Positions 1 through 11,761 of a DNA stretch of 56,718 nt are shown here, piece after piece. The stretch is taken from assembly GCA_002811645.1 (NCBI GenBank), contig PDIP01000092.1:1-56718 (forward strand), read 5' to 3'. The position numbers and the translations under genes were made by a program. This DNA comes from Corallochytrium limacisporum Hawaii (taxonomy: Eukaryota > Protista > Pluriformea). Numbering within the stretch: position 1 is the stretch's first letter; each line of letters opens with the position of its first letter. Below the pieces are notes generated by a model that worked only from the letters and a program-made list of their open reading frames with translations, did not search any database and was not told where the DNA came from.

Positions 1-703
1 GGGGGGGGGGGAGAGGAGAGAACCAGCAATCCCCGCCTCTCTCCTCATTTGCCCCTCCCGAAAAAAAAGAACTTTCGTTATTTTGGTTACTGTGCCATGG
101 ACCCGTGGTGCCGGGCCCTGTGGTACGATAACGAAAAATCAAAAAAAAAACTCAAGACCCAAAAAAAAACAGAACAAACAAAACAGAAAATACAAAATGT
201 CTATTTTTCTTTTCGTTCTGTTCGGTATAGAAAGTATCAAAAGACGACAAAGACTAATGGCGCCCCACCTGGCATTGGGAACGCTGGTTTGGGGGGAGGG
301 GGGGACAAGAAAGCGGGTTTAGAACCAAAGAGACGTAAGCTATGAACCGGACTGCGTCAACAAATTTCATACAAAACGCATGGACGAAGCCCAAAACAAA
401 AGCAAAATCAAAATCAAAAAACGAAGAGATGACGAAAGAAAGTATACAGCCTTGCTCTCTTTCCCTTTCTTTTTGTTTTCTCTGGGCAACAACCGGGCGC
501 CCAGTCAGTCAACCAAAAAGAAAATAAAGAAGGCAGAGTGAGGATAAAAAGGGAAGTGTGGTCACGCGACCCTCGGAAGCCCTTTTGGTCAAACTCCGTC
601 GGTGAGAAAACAAGAGAGAAAGGGAAGAAAGAAAAGGGGGAAGGAAAGAAACGGAAGAAAGAGTGAGAGAACGCGAAGGAGGAAGGGGGGAATGGGAGTG
701 GGG

Positions 704-903
704 GAGAGAGAGCGAGAGCGAGCGAGAGAGAGCGAGAGAGAGCGAGAGAGAGCGAGAGAGAGCGAGAGAGAGCGAGAGAGAGCGAGAGAGAGCGAGAGAG
801 AGCGAGAGAGAGCGAGAGAGAGCGAGAGAGAGCGAGAGAGAGCGAGAGAGAGCGAGAGAGAGCGAGAGAGAGCGAGAGAGAGCGAGAGAGAGCGAGAGAG
901 AGC
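704..903 (+). repeat. 10-bp tandem repeat (AGCGAGAGAG)n, about 19 copies
   Basis: Directly visible perfect array; it explains the spurious ERERARES/SLSL ORFs. Confidence 0.97.
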
Positions 904-1260
904 AACAGGGCCAGAGAAAGGAGGAGGAGCGGCGCTATTTTTGGTTTTTTTGGCCCGAAAACGGGGGCGGGAACTTTGGGCACTCCGGGGTGTTGCTGGC
1001 TTTTGTCTTTATCGGGGTAGCCTTCCTCCCGGCCCCCCGCCTCACCCCCCCCCAGAAAGGACGAGAACAGAAGAAAATGGCCCCAGTAAAAAGGAAAAAA
1101 GGGGGAAAAAGAGGGGGGGGTTGGGGAAGAAAGAGAGAAAGAAAGAGAGAGAAGCAATACCCTTTGAGTTTTTATCTTCGGCGGTGGATTAAAGCGATGG
1201 TAGTGGTTGATGGAGGCAATTCACGGGCGATGTACTACTCTCTGGTGTGTGTCTCTCTCG

Positions 1261-1938
<678 letters not shown>

Positions 1939-2530
1939 TCTAACGCGCCCGGTTAAATAAGGTACGTGGTGGAAGCAAGGAATGGACATGTAAAGCACGT
2001 CCGTACATTCGCATCTAACGGTAGAACATAGGGATACATTGGACACCGCCCAGGATGGACGAAACGCCGATACCATGGAGGAAAAGAACCTTGCCCTATC
2101 CATGCAATCTCTCTCTCTCTGTGTCTGTGTGACTTTGGATGTAGTAGAGCTGGGGTCCTAGGCCTAGTCCTTCCTCTTTCCCCGCGCGAAGGGACATAGC
2201 CCGACTTTGGGTGCGGCGAGGAGTAATGGACACCACGAACCAAAATTCTTAACCTGGACACCCAGTCGACGCGGCACTGGCGGGTAAGTTCGAGAGGGGA
2301 CACCCAGGGGGCTTGGCAAAGTAAATACACCCACCTCTCACTCATCCGTCCCTGTGTCCACCGACCACCACCGCTCTGTCTGCCTCTGTCCAGCATCTGT
2401 CCAGCATCTGTGCCTGTCTCTCTCTCTCTCTCTCTCTTGCTCTCTGTGCCGCCATTCTTTTTTAGTTGCCACGGNNNNNNNNNNNNNNNNNNNNNNNNNN
2501 NNNNNNNNNNNNNNNNNNNNNNNNNNNNNN

Positions 2531-2570
<40 letters not shown>

Positions 2571-3478
2571 CTCTCTGTGCCGCCATTCTTTTTTAGTTGC
2601 CACGGCAGTCACTGAAAATACCGCAGACTCGGTCAACCCCTCCCCTTCCGGGGAGCTCTCTCTTTTTTTTGCCTCCTCCCGACACTCCAGCACAGACCAA
2701 AAGCGGCCCCCCCCAACACTGGCGCTGCCCCGGTGGTGAAGAGAGGAAGCCCCGGAAGGGGGGGGGGGGGAGCCAGAACGTCAAAAAAAGAACAGCCAAA
2801 AGGGACGCAAAAGTAAAAAAAAGGGAAAAGAGGAAAAAAAAAGTACTCTCTGGGCCCGTGCTTTTCTCCTTTCCAAGGCATATAAAACCCAACCAAGGCC
2901 AACCAAGGCCAACCAAGACCAAAAGAGAAAAGAAAAAATCAGGGAAAATTTGGCTCCCCCGATCCACTCTGCAAAATATCGACTCCCCCCCCTCTTCGGT
3001 TCTCCTCCCTACCGCTGCGCGGGAGGGTGGGACCGAGGCCGTTCTGGGCCATTTAAAGGAACTAATCCCCAGCAACCGGCGGGCCATGCACCAAAGAGTG
3101 CGGCAGGGCGCTGAGCAAAAGGTCACGGATGTTGGCCGTCCATCTGTGGTCTGGGGAGGACATATACCATGGTAGTACTAAGCATAGGCACAACACTCGA
3201 TATTGTCCCAATTGGGGGGGTGTATATTGGCTTTCTTGCTAGGTTGTGTGATGTGATAAGGAAAACGGGGCATTCTGGCTTCATGTTATAAGTGTGGTTA
3301 TGTGTTCAAGTTGGTCTTTCCTGTTGTACTGACTCCAGAGGATGTGAATGGCTCATCCAGAGAGGTATGTGCTTCTGTAGACTCCAGTTCCACAGTGATG
3401 ACATTCGCATGGCTTCATTCCTCCTCTTCGTCTTCGTCGGCAGCATGGTAACCGTGCGCGGACCGTCACTACTGCGGT

Positions 3479-4651
3479 CTACTTTTTCTCCCTGCGCATG
3501 TTCATTTTTAGACTCCGGATCCACGTTGGTATTGTGCGCATCTTCGGATGCCACCTGTTCTTCTTGTGCACTACCGTCAATTGGCCATGGTTGTCACTAA
3601 TGCTGGGATCTACTTTTCCTCCGGACGTAAGTTCATCTGTAGACTCCGGGTCCACACTGGTGTCGTTCGCATCGTCGGATTCCTCTTCTTCTGTCGCAGA
3701 AGGGTCACCCTTCGAGGACTGTGGCTGATGAATGTCCACTACTGCTCCAGAGGCCTGCTCCTCTTTAGATTCCTTGTCCGTCGTGGTGTCGTTTACATCT
3801 TCAGATTTCTCCTGTGCTTCTCCCGCTGCATGCTCACCCTGCGATGGCTGCTGCTGTTGGATGTCTACTACTTCTTCAGAAGCTTGCTCGTCTTTAGCCT
3901 CCGGGTCCGTCGTGGTGTTGTGTACATCGTCGGATTCCTCCTGTGCTTCTTCCGCAACATGCTCGCTCTGCAATGGCTGTTCCTCCTTGCAGTCTGCAAT
4001 TTCTCCAGATCTCTGCGCATCTTTGGACTCCTGGTCCGTCCTGGTGTCGTTTACATCGTCAGATTCCTCCTGTGCTTCTTCTTCGGCATACTCACCCTGC
4101 GATGGCTGCTGCTGTTGGATGTCTACTACTTCTTCAGAAACTTGCTCGTCTTTAGCCTCCGGGTCCGTCGTGGTGTCGGGGACTTCGTCGGATTTCTCCT
4201 GTGCTTCTTCCGCAACTTGCTCACTCTGTAATGGCTGTTCTTCCTTGCAGTCTGCAATTTCTCCAGATCTCTGCTCATCTTTGGATTCCTGGTCCGTCCT
4301 GGTGTCGTTTACATTGTAGGATTCCTCCTCAGTCTCCGCATCCCCCTCGCCCTTGTCGGTTTGTTGAGACTTTGCAGATTTTTCAGCTTCGACATCGCCT
4401 GCAAAGCTACCTGCTGCAAGGGTTGCATTGCGGAGGAGCAGAGCGCCATTCGATCCGGCTGACTGGCATGTGGCGGAAAGGCTGCGTAAACTGCCGATAC
4501 ACGACTGCCAAAGCTCAGCCAAACTGCCAGAGCATACATCAGCTGTGGTGTAGCCAAGAGCTGGGAGAGCCACTGTCGCAACAACCATGGCCGTTGCTCC
4601 AACACTGCAGGCCACGGCGGTGGTGGTTAAATTTTTTTCGATGGTACTCAT
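3479..4651 (-). CDS. ISG12/IFI27 (Ifi-6-16) family protein with a degenerate motif, fused to an acidic 43-aa tandem-repeat tail; C-terminus probably frameshift-truncated
   Basis: N-terminal hydrophobic segment ALPALGYTT..V.SGSLA..WQS.IG...SATCQSAG aligns with the neighbouring intact ISG12 motif. First ATG is at 4651 (the ORF track starts at a GTG). E/D/Q-rich repeats follow. Confidence 0.75.
   Translation of the reverse strand: MSTIEKNLTTTAVACSVGATAMVVATVALPALGYTTADVCSGSLAELWQSCIGSLRSLSATCQSAGSNGALLLRNATLAAGSFAGDVEAEKSAKSQQTDKGEGDAETEEESYNVNDTRTDQESKDEQRSGEIADCKEEQPLQSEQVAEEAQEKSDEVPDTTTDPEAKDEQVSEEVVDIQQQQPSQGEYAEEEAQEESDDVNDTRTDQESKDAQRSGEIADCKEEQPLQSEHVAEEAQEESDDVHNTTTDPEAKDEQASEEVVDIQQQQPSQGEHAAGEAQEKSEDVNDTTTDKESKEEQASGAVVDIHQPQSSKGDPSATEEEESDDANDTSVDPESTDELTSGGKVDPSISDNHGQLTVVHKKNRWHPKMRTIPTWIRSLKMNMRREKK
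3620..4330 (-). repeat. Coding minisatellite, 129-bp (43-aa) unit with a 258-bp higher-order A-B-A-B period
   Basis: TCTGCAATTTCTCCAGATCTCTG recurs at 3993 and 4251 (258 bp apart); peptide VNDTRTDQESK recurs every 86 aa. Confidence 0.9.
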
Positions 4652-6313
4652 CACTGCTATTCAGAATTCACTGAACCTAATAGTAGAGAAATCGATCTTC
4701 GGTCTAGGGATCAATCTCAGATTTGCTGACTTTGAATTACCAGGTGATGCTGTTACAGTGAGGATATGGAGCACCGATGTTCAGCAGCAAACTTTGTTGC
4801 CCTCATGCCCAAGCGTTTAAAGAAAGAGCCTTGATGATGACCTCCCGTAAGCTTTAGACTCCGTGCATGTTCAACCCCGTGTGCAGATCGTTTGTGAAAA
4901 AGCCGTCCACCTGTCGAAGTGCTCATGGTCACTCACCAGAATTCCATAGTCTTTCTATGGACTATAAGGGCACCTTCCCTACCTCACACCAATTCTAAAT
5001 GTTCCGCTCTGAGTAGATCGGAGGCGGTGGTGGCGGTTGGTGACGTACGAAACCCGTGACACACAAACCAGATCAAGTGTAAACTTGGAGCATCATGGAA
5101 GGGAGAACCCTACCCGGCAGAAATTAAGCTTTTAAGGTTGTTTAGTGTGCATTAATTGAGGATGTCCCGGTCGATGGTTCTCACCTTTTGCGATCCACTC
5201 AACTCATGATGACCACGCGTACGAATGTGCTTCGCACAATTTTTCCCCCGCTCTCCCCACAAATTCTGCAACTTTCGTCAGAAGACGAGCAAGGAGGAGT
5301 CGGTTCCTAGTACAAAAAGTACGCAGCTCCGAGCGCCACACCATGCGGGTCTTTTCAATTTCGGATAGTGCGCAGATGAAAATTTTTTTGCGCAGGGCCA
5401 GATTTTTTGGCCCCCCCNNNNAAATTTTTTTGGGCGGGGCCAAATTTTTTGGCCCCACCCCCCCCCTTTGCTGGTGCCCGCCGAAAAATGGAATCCGAAC
5501 GGTACGAGTATTTGCCGCTTCACCAACAGATCAATATATGGGAACCCGGGACACCGGGAAAGGCAAGTGCCGGAAAACGAGAAAAGGAAAATGACCGAGG
5601 AAACAGAGGGGGGGGGCCTAGTTACGCCCCGGGGAAGGGGTGACTCGCTCCCCCGGGGGGGGGAGGGCTTACCACAGGTGTACTGGGCGGTGGTGCCACC
5701 CTACCGGGGCGGAGGACCCCAATCACTGCGCAAATCAGTACCACCGGGCCACATCGCAGTGACATCGACCGGGTCGCTGGCACCGGCACGCAAGCCATCG
5801 GTGCTGTGCCCCCTTCTACAATAGTTCCCGAAGATCCTGGAAAGATGGAATCCAGTGTTACGTTTGATTCTTTTTTTGGTTGCGGCCTGGTCTGCTATCG
5901 GTCCAATTCCGCATGGTCAGCACATTTCGCCCTCTGTGCGGGAATGTTTCTGAGTGTACTGTTTTCCGTTTGTGGGCTGCAGAACACTGGGTGAAAACAG
6001 CCCTGCAAAGGGGATCCCAGTTTGCCAGACTACAGGAGTTTGAAGTCTGCCAAAAATCACGAAAAAGGAGTGGTTCCTGGTCTTCGTCCTCATCGCGTAA
6101 AGTGCGCAAGAAACAACGGGACTGGTGGCCTTGCGAGAATTGTGATTTCTTTAGGCGCATGTCCGATTGCAACAGTCTGGCAGATGGTCGCCTGGTACTT
6201 TAGAATCGATCAGTTGGAGATGGACAGCACCCAAAACTGCGTTTTTCCTTACCTAATGAAAGGAACCGCTTGGTAGATAGTGAAGTCTCAAATCCTCACT
6301 GCTGACTGCCGTA

Positions 6314-6772
6314 ATGACGACCATGAGAACAGTTGCTGGGGTTGGCCTGACTGCAGCAGGTGCCGCCGTTGTTGCCACCCTGGCGCTGCCCGCACTAGGC
6401 TTTACAGCTGGCGGTGTGCTTGCCGGCTCACCGGCCGCCATTTGGCAGGCCTACATCGGTAACGTAGCAGCTGGTAGCGCGTTTGCGGCGGCGCAGTCAG
6501 CCGGTGCAACCGGTGCTCTGCTCGGTGGCAGTACAACTGTTGGCGTAGGTGCTGCGTCGACTGCTTACTTGGTTGGCGATGCCGTTGGTGGCACGCGTCG
6601 CAACGCGTCCCGCAGTGATCAGGAAACCCAAACAGACAATGTGGATTCCGATGATGAGGATGATCAATATGATGAGGGGGATGAGATACGCGATCAGGCT
6701 GTGGAAACAGAGGATGTACAATCCAATGACGGGAACAATGCAAAGTATGGGAATGTTGCTACTCAGACTTGA
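6314..6772 (+). CDS. ISG12/IFI27 (Ifi-6-16) family small membrane protein
   Basis: LPALGFTAGGVLAGSPAAIWQAYIGNVAAGSAFAAAQSAGA matches the ISG12 motif (LGFTxxGIxAGSxAA...VAAGSxFAxLQSxGA); acidic tail. Confidence 0.88.
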   Translation: MTTMRTVAGVGLTAAGAAVVATLALPALGFTAGGVLAGSPAAIWQAYIGNVAAGSAFAAAQSAGATGALLGGSTTVGVGAASTAYLVGDAVGGTRRNASRSDQETQTDNVDSDDEDDQYDEGDEIRDQAVETEDVQSNDGNNAKYGNVATQT

Positions 6773-8033
6773 GAATTTCACATGAATCCGTAGCGCTGTC
6801 ACAAAAAGTGGAAAAATCAAGGCTGCACTTCCATCACTGGAACTCATGCAGACACGAGAAAAGCGCTCGTTGTCTTGCAAACCTCGCTACCACCCTTCAC
6901 TTATCAATAGAGGACTACTACGAGCATTCCTGTTCGACGTTTGCGGTCAACACATCGTACATGTTATGCACAAGCCGATCTCTCGACCAATTACAAAGGC
7001 ACAGTCAGCTCTCCGCATTGACCTGTTGGTATGTACATTCAGTTCGCAAAATGAAGCCGGCGGAGCTGTGCTTCCCGAGCTACGTGAACAGATGGGCATC
7101 ACAACCCCATCCTAACGAGCACAGTGCCTGTGTGCACGAATACGGTGGTGTTCACAGGATATGTGCAGCAATGTTTACATTGTTTTGCTCTGACTCACAC
7201 TAACTGAGCCGTTTCTCGTCATTGGCTTCTGCCCACCTTTCAGGAAATCCAGTTGCGTATGAGACGACAAGGCAGAAGAGTAAGCTTGCCCATCAGTGAC
7301 GTTCGGTACGTAGTGAACTGGGTGCGCCTTGTGCATCATGAGACATACAGACATCAAGGCAGCCACCAATCGTCGGTCCCGTAGCCTCTGGTTACCCTTC
7401 CCAAGAAGAGTACCGAAGAGGGCCTTGATCTTACGGTCCTCGAATGGACCGGACACAAAGGCGGGTCCGTCCGATCGAAGGTGGTCAGCTGAGGGAAATG
7501 GGAACGAAATTCAACGGAAACGAAGAGCAAAAACTCGCTCGCTCGCTCGCTCTCTCTCTCTCTCTCTCGCCTGCGCCGCCAATTTTTTTTTTTTTTTGCC
7601 CTCCTTTGCCTTTTTTCCCGGTGTTCCAGGAGTGGCGATACGAGCACACATCACCCGATCCATACCCCCCGGGACCACCGACCGACATCCACAAAGAAAT
7701 TGACTGCTGGGGACCATCCATACCCCCCGGGATCAACTGACCCGAGAGGAAACGAAAACGAGGGCAAAACCTTATTTTGACGGCATGGGGGGGGGGGTTT
7801 GGACCAAACCGTATGATGCGGTGCTAACAATTTTTTCATTGCGCGATGGCCAAAATGGACCAAAAATACATATATACTCAAGTGGATCAAGGGCAAAGTT
7901 TTTTTTTCAATTGGTTATGTTCCTGGAGGTGGTAGTGGTTCGTTCTTGGAGGGACTGATGAGATACCGAGGAAGCAGAGGAAGTCATTCACGTCCCTGAC
8001 CCCGCCCGCAACTCTCTCTCTCTCTCCCTGTCT

Positions 8034-8078
<45 letters not shown>

Positions 8079-8905
8079 GCCAGTCTTTGGCTACCGGCCC
8101 TGTCTGTCGCTGCGCAGTTGCCTTAGTTTTTAGTTTTGGCTTGGGTAGACGCGCTCCGTTCCCGTTTGCCTGCTTGTGCGCTGGGGTTGGCCACGTAGCA
8201 GGAAGAGCTTTAGATTCCTCCCCTCCCCCACTCCCTGCCTGCGTGTTTACTTCTTTTGTTGGGTACTGAGAGGGGGCACTAAGACTGGCAGGGCGGGTGC
8301 AGGAAAAGGGGGAAACCCCGGAAATAAAAGGAAAAAGATTAACGGGCGAAGGAAGAAGAGAGGTCGGAGGACAGACAAGTGTGTTTACCAAACGGCCTTT
8401 GCCAGGAAAGCCCAACCTCTTAAAAAAAAAGAAAAAGAAAAAGAAAAAGAAAAAGAAACGAAAGAAAAAACCATACCTTACCCACTTCCCTTCGCAAGTG
8501 TGCCTGCAAGAAGGACCCCCCCTTCGCCCGGGACCCCGGGAGGCTGTCCAGGCCAGCATAAAGGGGAGGGGGGTGTCCCCCGCCTTGATATGAACGGTTG
8601 TTGGGGAAAAGGGGAGGAAGAAGACCAGGACGGAAAAGCCATCAATCGCACATTCACATTGTCCGCCATCGCGATCATGCATGAGAGCGCCTGGTGGCCT
8701 GGATCGGACACATTGCCCGCCGAAAATTAGGCACATCTGTTAGAGTCCGCAAGTGAACCGTGTGCTTGTGAAACTAGTAGCGCTTGCTAAACCTAAGCAC
8801 CATGGGATTTTGTGCAGAGGTACAAAAGGATCGCGCCATCGGTCTCCATGTCTCGCTTGCGTTAAGCCTTTCCAATATAGAGGCGTGAACCCAGATCCAT
8901 CCACC

Positions 8906-10330
8906 ATGATTTCTACAGTTACAATAAGAAGCCAAAAAAGTCGAATGGAGTCCATACGGCTGAAAGATGCTGTGGAGAAGGCATCGGATGTCAAGCCATT
9001 GGAGAGGGCGGAACACCGCCCATCCTTTAGCAGCATCAATTCAGTAGGTATGCGGCAACGCATAGAGATTTCTAGCAGTGAAGAAACCAGGGGAGTTGCA
9101 GAGGAATTCAGAATGGTAGAGAGGCGCAGCAGCGCTGACAATGAAGGGCGTGAATGTAGGATTGACACATCGGACGGCTATCCGCCAGTTCTGGCCTGCG
9201 CTTGTTTCGTATTCGTGGTCGGCGCCTTGAGTTACAACTGGGGTATTTTCCTGCCACGCATTGTTGATGACTTGGACTCTAGTTTAGCCCTCAGCGCTTG
9301 GCCAGGTGCCCTCGCTTTAACAACTCGCGCGGCAGCTGCACCATGGTCTGGTGCCTGGCCATCGCGGTATGGTACCCGACGGGTTGTCGCCGCCGGGGCT
9401 GTCCTTATCTTGATCGGTCTTCTCATCGGCAGCTATGCCACTGAAATCTGGCATTTCTACATTGCGTATGGTCTCTTCTTAGGTGTGGGGCTGAGCATGC
9501 TGATTTATCCGGCCACGAGCATCGTCATTCAGTGGTACGACAAGAAGAAAGCCACCATGTTGAGCTGGGGAATGGCGAGCGTAGGATTCGGCGGGTTGGT
9601 CGGAAACGTCGCCGCAGCAGAAATGATTGAGCACTTTGGATGGCGGAACGCACTACGTATTTTCATGTCTCTGGTCGTAGTTTTCGTTGGAATTGGACTT
9701 TGTTTGGCTCACGATAGAGTTAAGCCAACCCGAGTTAAAATCCATCTGGAATGGTACCTCTTCAAGGATGTCCGGTTCTCTCTTGTGTTCCTGTGCAATG
9801 TATTCTTTGCCTTCGGCTACGCAGCCCCCTTCTTCTTCACGGCTACATGGGCAGAACGCCATAACTTGTCCAGCACTGTGGGAGCCATGGCCACGGGTTT
9901 GATCACACTGGCAACCTCGATAGGGCAGCTGGGCATTGGTTGGCTCCAAGATCGTCTCTCCAGGGAGTTTGTCTTTGTTGTGTGCATGTTATGCGCAGGG
10001 GCATCGCTAATGGTGTACCCGATCTGCACCAACGAGTGGTCGCTCATGTTGGTATGCGTACTCTATGGCCTCTTCACTGGGGGGCAGCAACCTAACACAG
10101 CAGCGATCATCACCGACTGGTATCCGAAGCACAATCCTGGTACCACAACTGGTCTTAGCGGTGCGGGCAGGGCAGTCGGCGAATTAGTTGGTCCGGTCGT
10201 TGTTGCCTTGCTCTTCGATACAAACGCGGAATCCGCATTCATGCTTTCGGGAGCATTTATGATGCTATGTGGCATTTGCGTCCTTGTAGGGACGGTGTGG
10301 CCGAAGCTCGTCGCCAACTACTACAACTAG
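8906..10330 (+). CDS. MFS transporter, monocarboxylate porter (SLC16/MCT-like)
   Basis: About 12 TM segments, RYGTRRV loop motif, YGLFLGVG, QWYDKKKA, GWRNALR and GWLQDR motifs. First ATG in CCACCATG context at 8906. Confidence 0.9.
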   Translation: MISTVTIRSQKSRMESIRLKDAVEKASDVKPLERAEHRPSFSSINSVGMRQRIEISSSEETRGVAEEFRMVERRSSADNEGRECRIDTSDGYPPVLACACFVFVVGALSYNWGIFLPRIVDDLDSSLALSAWPGALALTTRAAAAPWSGAWPSRYGTRRVVAAGAVLILIGLLIGSYATEIWHFYIAYGLFLGVGLSMLIYPATSIVIQWYDKKKATMLSWGMASVGFGGLVGNVAAAEMIEHFGWRNALRIFMSLVVVFVGIGLCLAHDRVKPTRVKIHLEWYLFKDVRFSLVFLCNVFFAFGYAAPFFFTATWAERHNLSSTVGAMATGLITLATSIGQLGIGWLQDRLSREFVFVVCMLCAGASLMVYPICTNEWSLMLVCVLYGLFTGGQQPNTAAIITDWYPKHNPGTTTGLSGAGRAVGELVGPVVVALLFDTNAESAFMLSGAFMMLCGICVLVGTVWPKLVANYYN

Positions 10331-11342
10331 CCCCTTCTGGTCACCTACCTGTGAATCGGATACCATCGTATTCTTTGTGTGGCATACACGACACCACGGA
10401 GGCCCTGCGAAAGCCTAAAGAACAATATTCATGCAAAAAAATTGGCAGGGGAGGGGTACCCAAGGCGTATTACGGCTGGGTACGGTACTTAAGGTACCGA
10501 ATGTTCATTAAAAAAAACCTATCCCAGAGTACCAGAAATGGCCAATACCGTATTTTTCAGCGATCTTCGTGGCGGCCCAAGTGTTTTTCTGTGCAATGTT
10601 GTGCCCCGCCCCGGAGGACGGGGAGGGGGGGGGGCCAAGGGAAATGTGGCCAGGGGGGAGGCGGGCGGTTAGGCCGGGGGCCAATTCGGTACCGAACGGC
10701 TTCTGGTGCGCACTGAAAAGGTTGGTGGTGGCTGGGTTTGGTTTGGAAGAAAGACGACAGTGGCGGTTTCCCACCAGTGGGGGGGGAGGGGGAGGGGTGG
10801 TGTTGTGGGCCCAGAGCGGTTGGGAAGGGGGGGGTTTGGGTGCTTGGGGGAAAGGGGCGGACAGGCAGGCACTGTTGGGGAGGGGGGGGTTGACCGGCAA
10901 GTGAGACCTTTGGGTCAAAAGGGAAATAAAACGGCGTGTACCATAGTAATGGACCGTACCGGTAATGAAACTGGATCGTGGGGGAGGGGGGACCCCCATT
11001 ACGGGTATCGAAGGAAAACAGTACAACACCAGGGTAAGAACAGGACGAAAGGGAGAACTCCGTCGGCAAAGAACGCACGGAGAAAGTACCAGTAGTACCC
11101 TTAGTACTAATATTCGTCACCGCCAGCTTAAACTATGTGTTGTCTCATTTTTTTTCTCTTGCCTTTTCGTTTCTGTGCAAGGCGCTGAGTGGATATGGGC
11201 AGAGAAGAGCAAAATTGCAACCCCGGGAGGTAAAGATACCCAAAGTGTACTACTGCTTGGGGAGTAGAGGGTTGGCGTGCTCCCTCCATTTGGAGGTGTG
11301 GTATCAGATCCTCCACTAAAACCCGTTGCGTCAGAGGGATTG

Positions 11343-11489
11343 ATTGGGTTGGACGAAAGTTCCGTGGTGCCGTTGTCTTGGTTGGTTTCTTGACCTTTGA
11401 CTTCATTGGGGAGGGTCCCTAAGCCTTAGTTCGATTGGGTTTTCTTGGGCTTGCTGCCATTGGGTTTTTCCTTGTCTTGTTCCCATTGG
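11343..11489 (-). promoter_or_regulatory. Cluster of five CCAAT boxes (ATTGG on +), candidate NF-Y promoter array
   Basis: ATTGG at 11343, 11405, 11434, 11459 and 11485, the last four spaced 25-29 bp, 270-420 bp upstream of the transporter ATG. Confidence 0.4.
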
Positions 11490-11761
11490 ATTTTGATTGA
11501 CCTCTAATTTTCTTGTCTCGCACGGAGGTACTTCAGAAGGTGATCATTATTTAGTTCCATGGTGTTAACAAACTTAACGGAATTTTCACAGGTAGAAATT
11601 TCATAGCAATCCATACGATATTACCAGTGAAACTAAGCCAAATGAGGGGATAGCTCGAGTTCGGAAACTTAGACTGTACGAGCAAACATGTAGCTAGAGA
11701 AAAATTGTCGGTTCAACCTTTGGCCTTTGGTACTTCTGGAACAAAAACAAAACTAACCACA

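Noticed and set aside
2414-2605. Direct duplication of (CT)n-TGCTCTCTGTGCCGCCATTCTTTTTTAGTTGCCACGG on both sides of an N-gap
   Set aside because: Typical overlapping contig ends; most likely an assembly artefact.
4667-4675. GAS-like TTCN3GAA next to the ISG12 gene (another at about 33194 before the CD225 gene)
   Set aside because: Six specified bases occur at chance frequency; insufficient evidence for STAT control.
5380-5460. Near-duplicate AAATTTTTTTG...GGCC...TTTTTTGGCCCC around a 4-N gap
   Set aside because: Looks like two low-quality reads of the same sequence.
7658-7732. 17-bp direct repeat ATCCATACCCCCCGGGA, 58 bp apart (also a 14-bp tandem duplication at 21507-21534)
   Set aside because: Two copies only, consistent with local slippage; no array or element structure.
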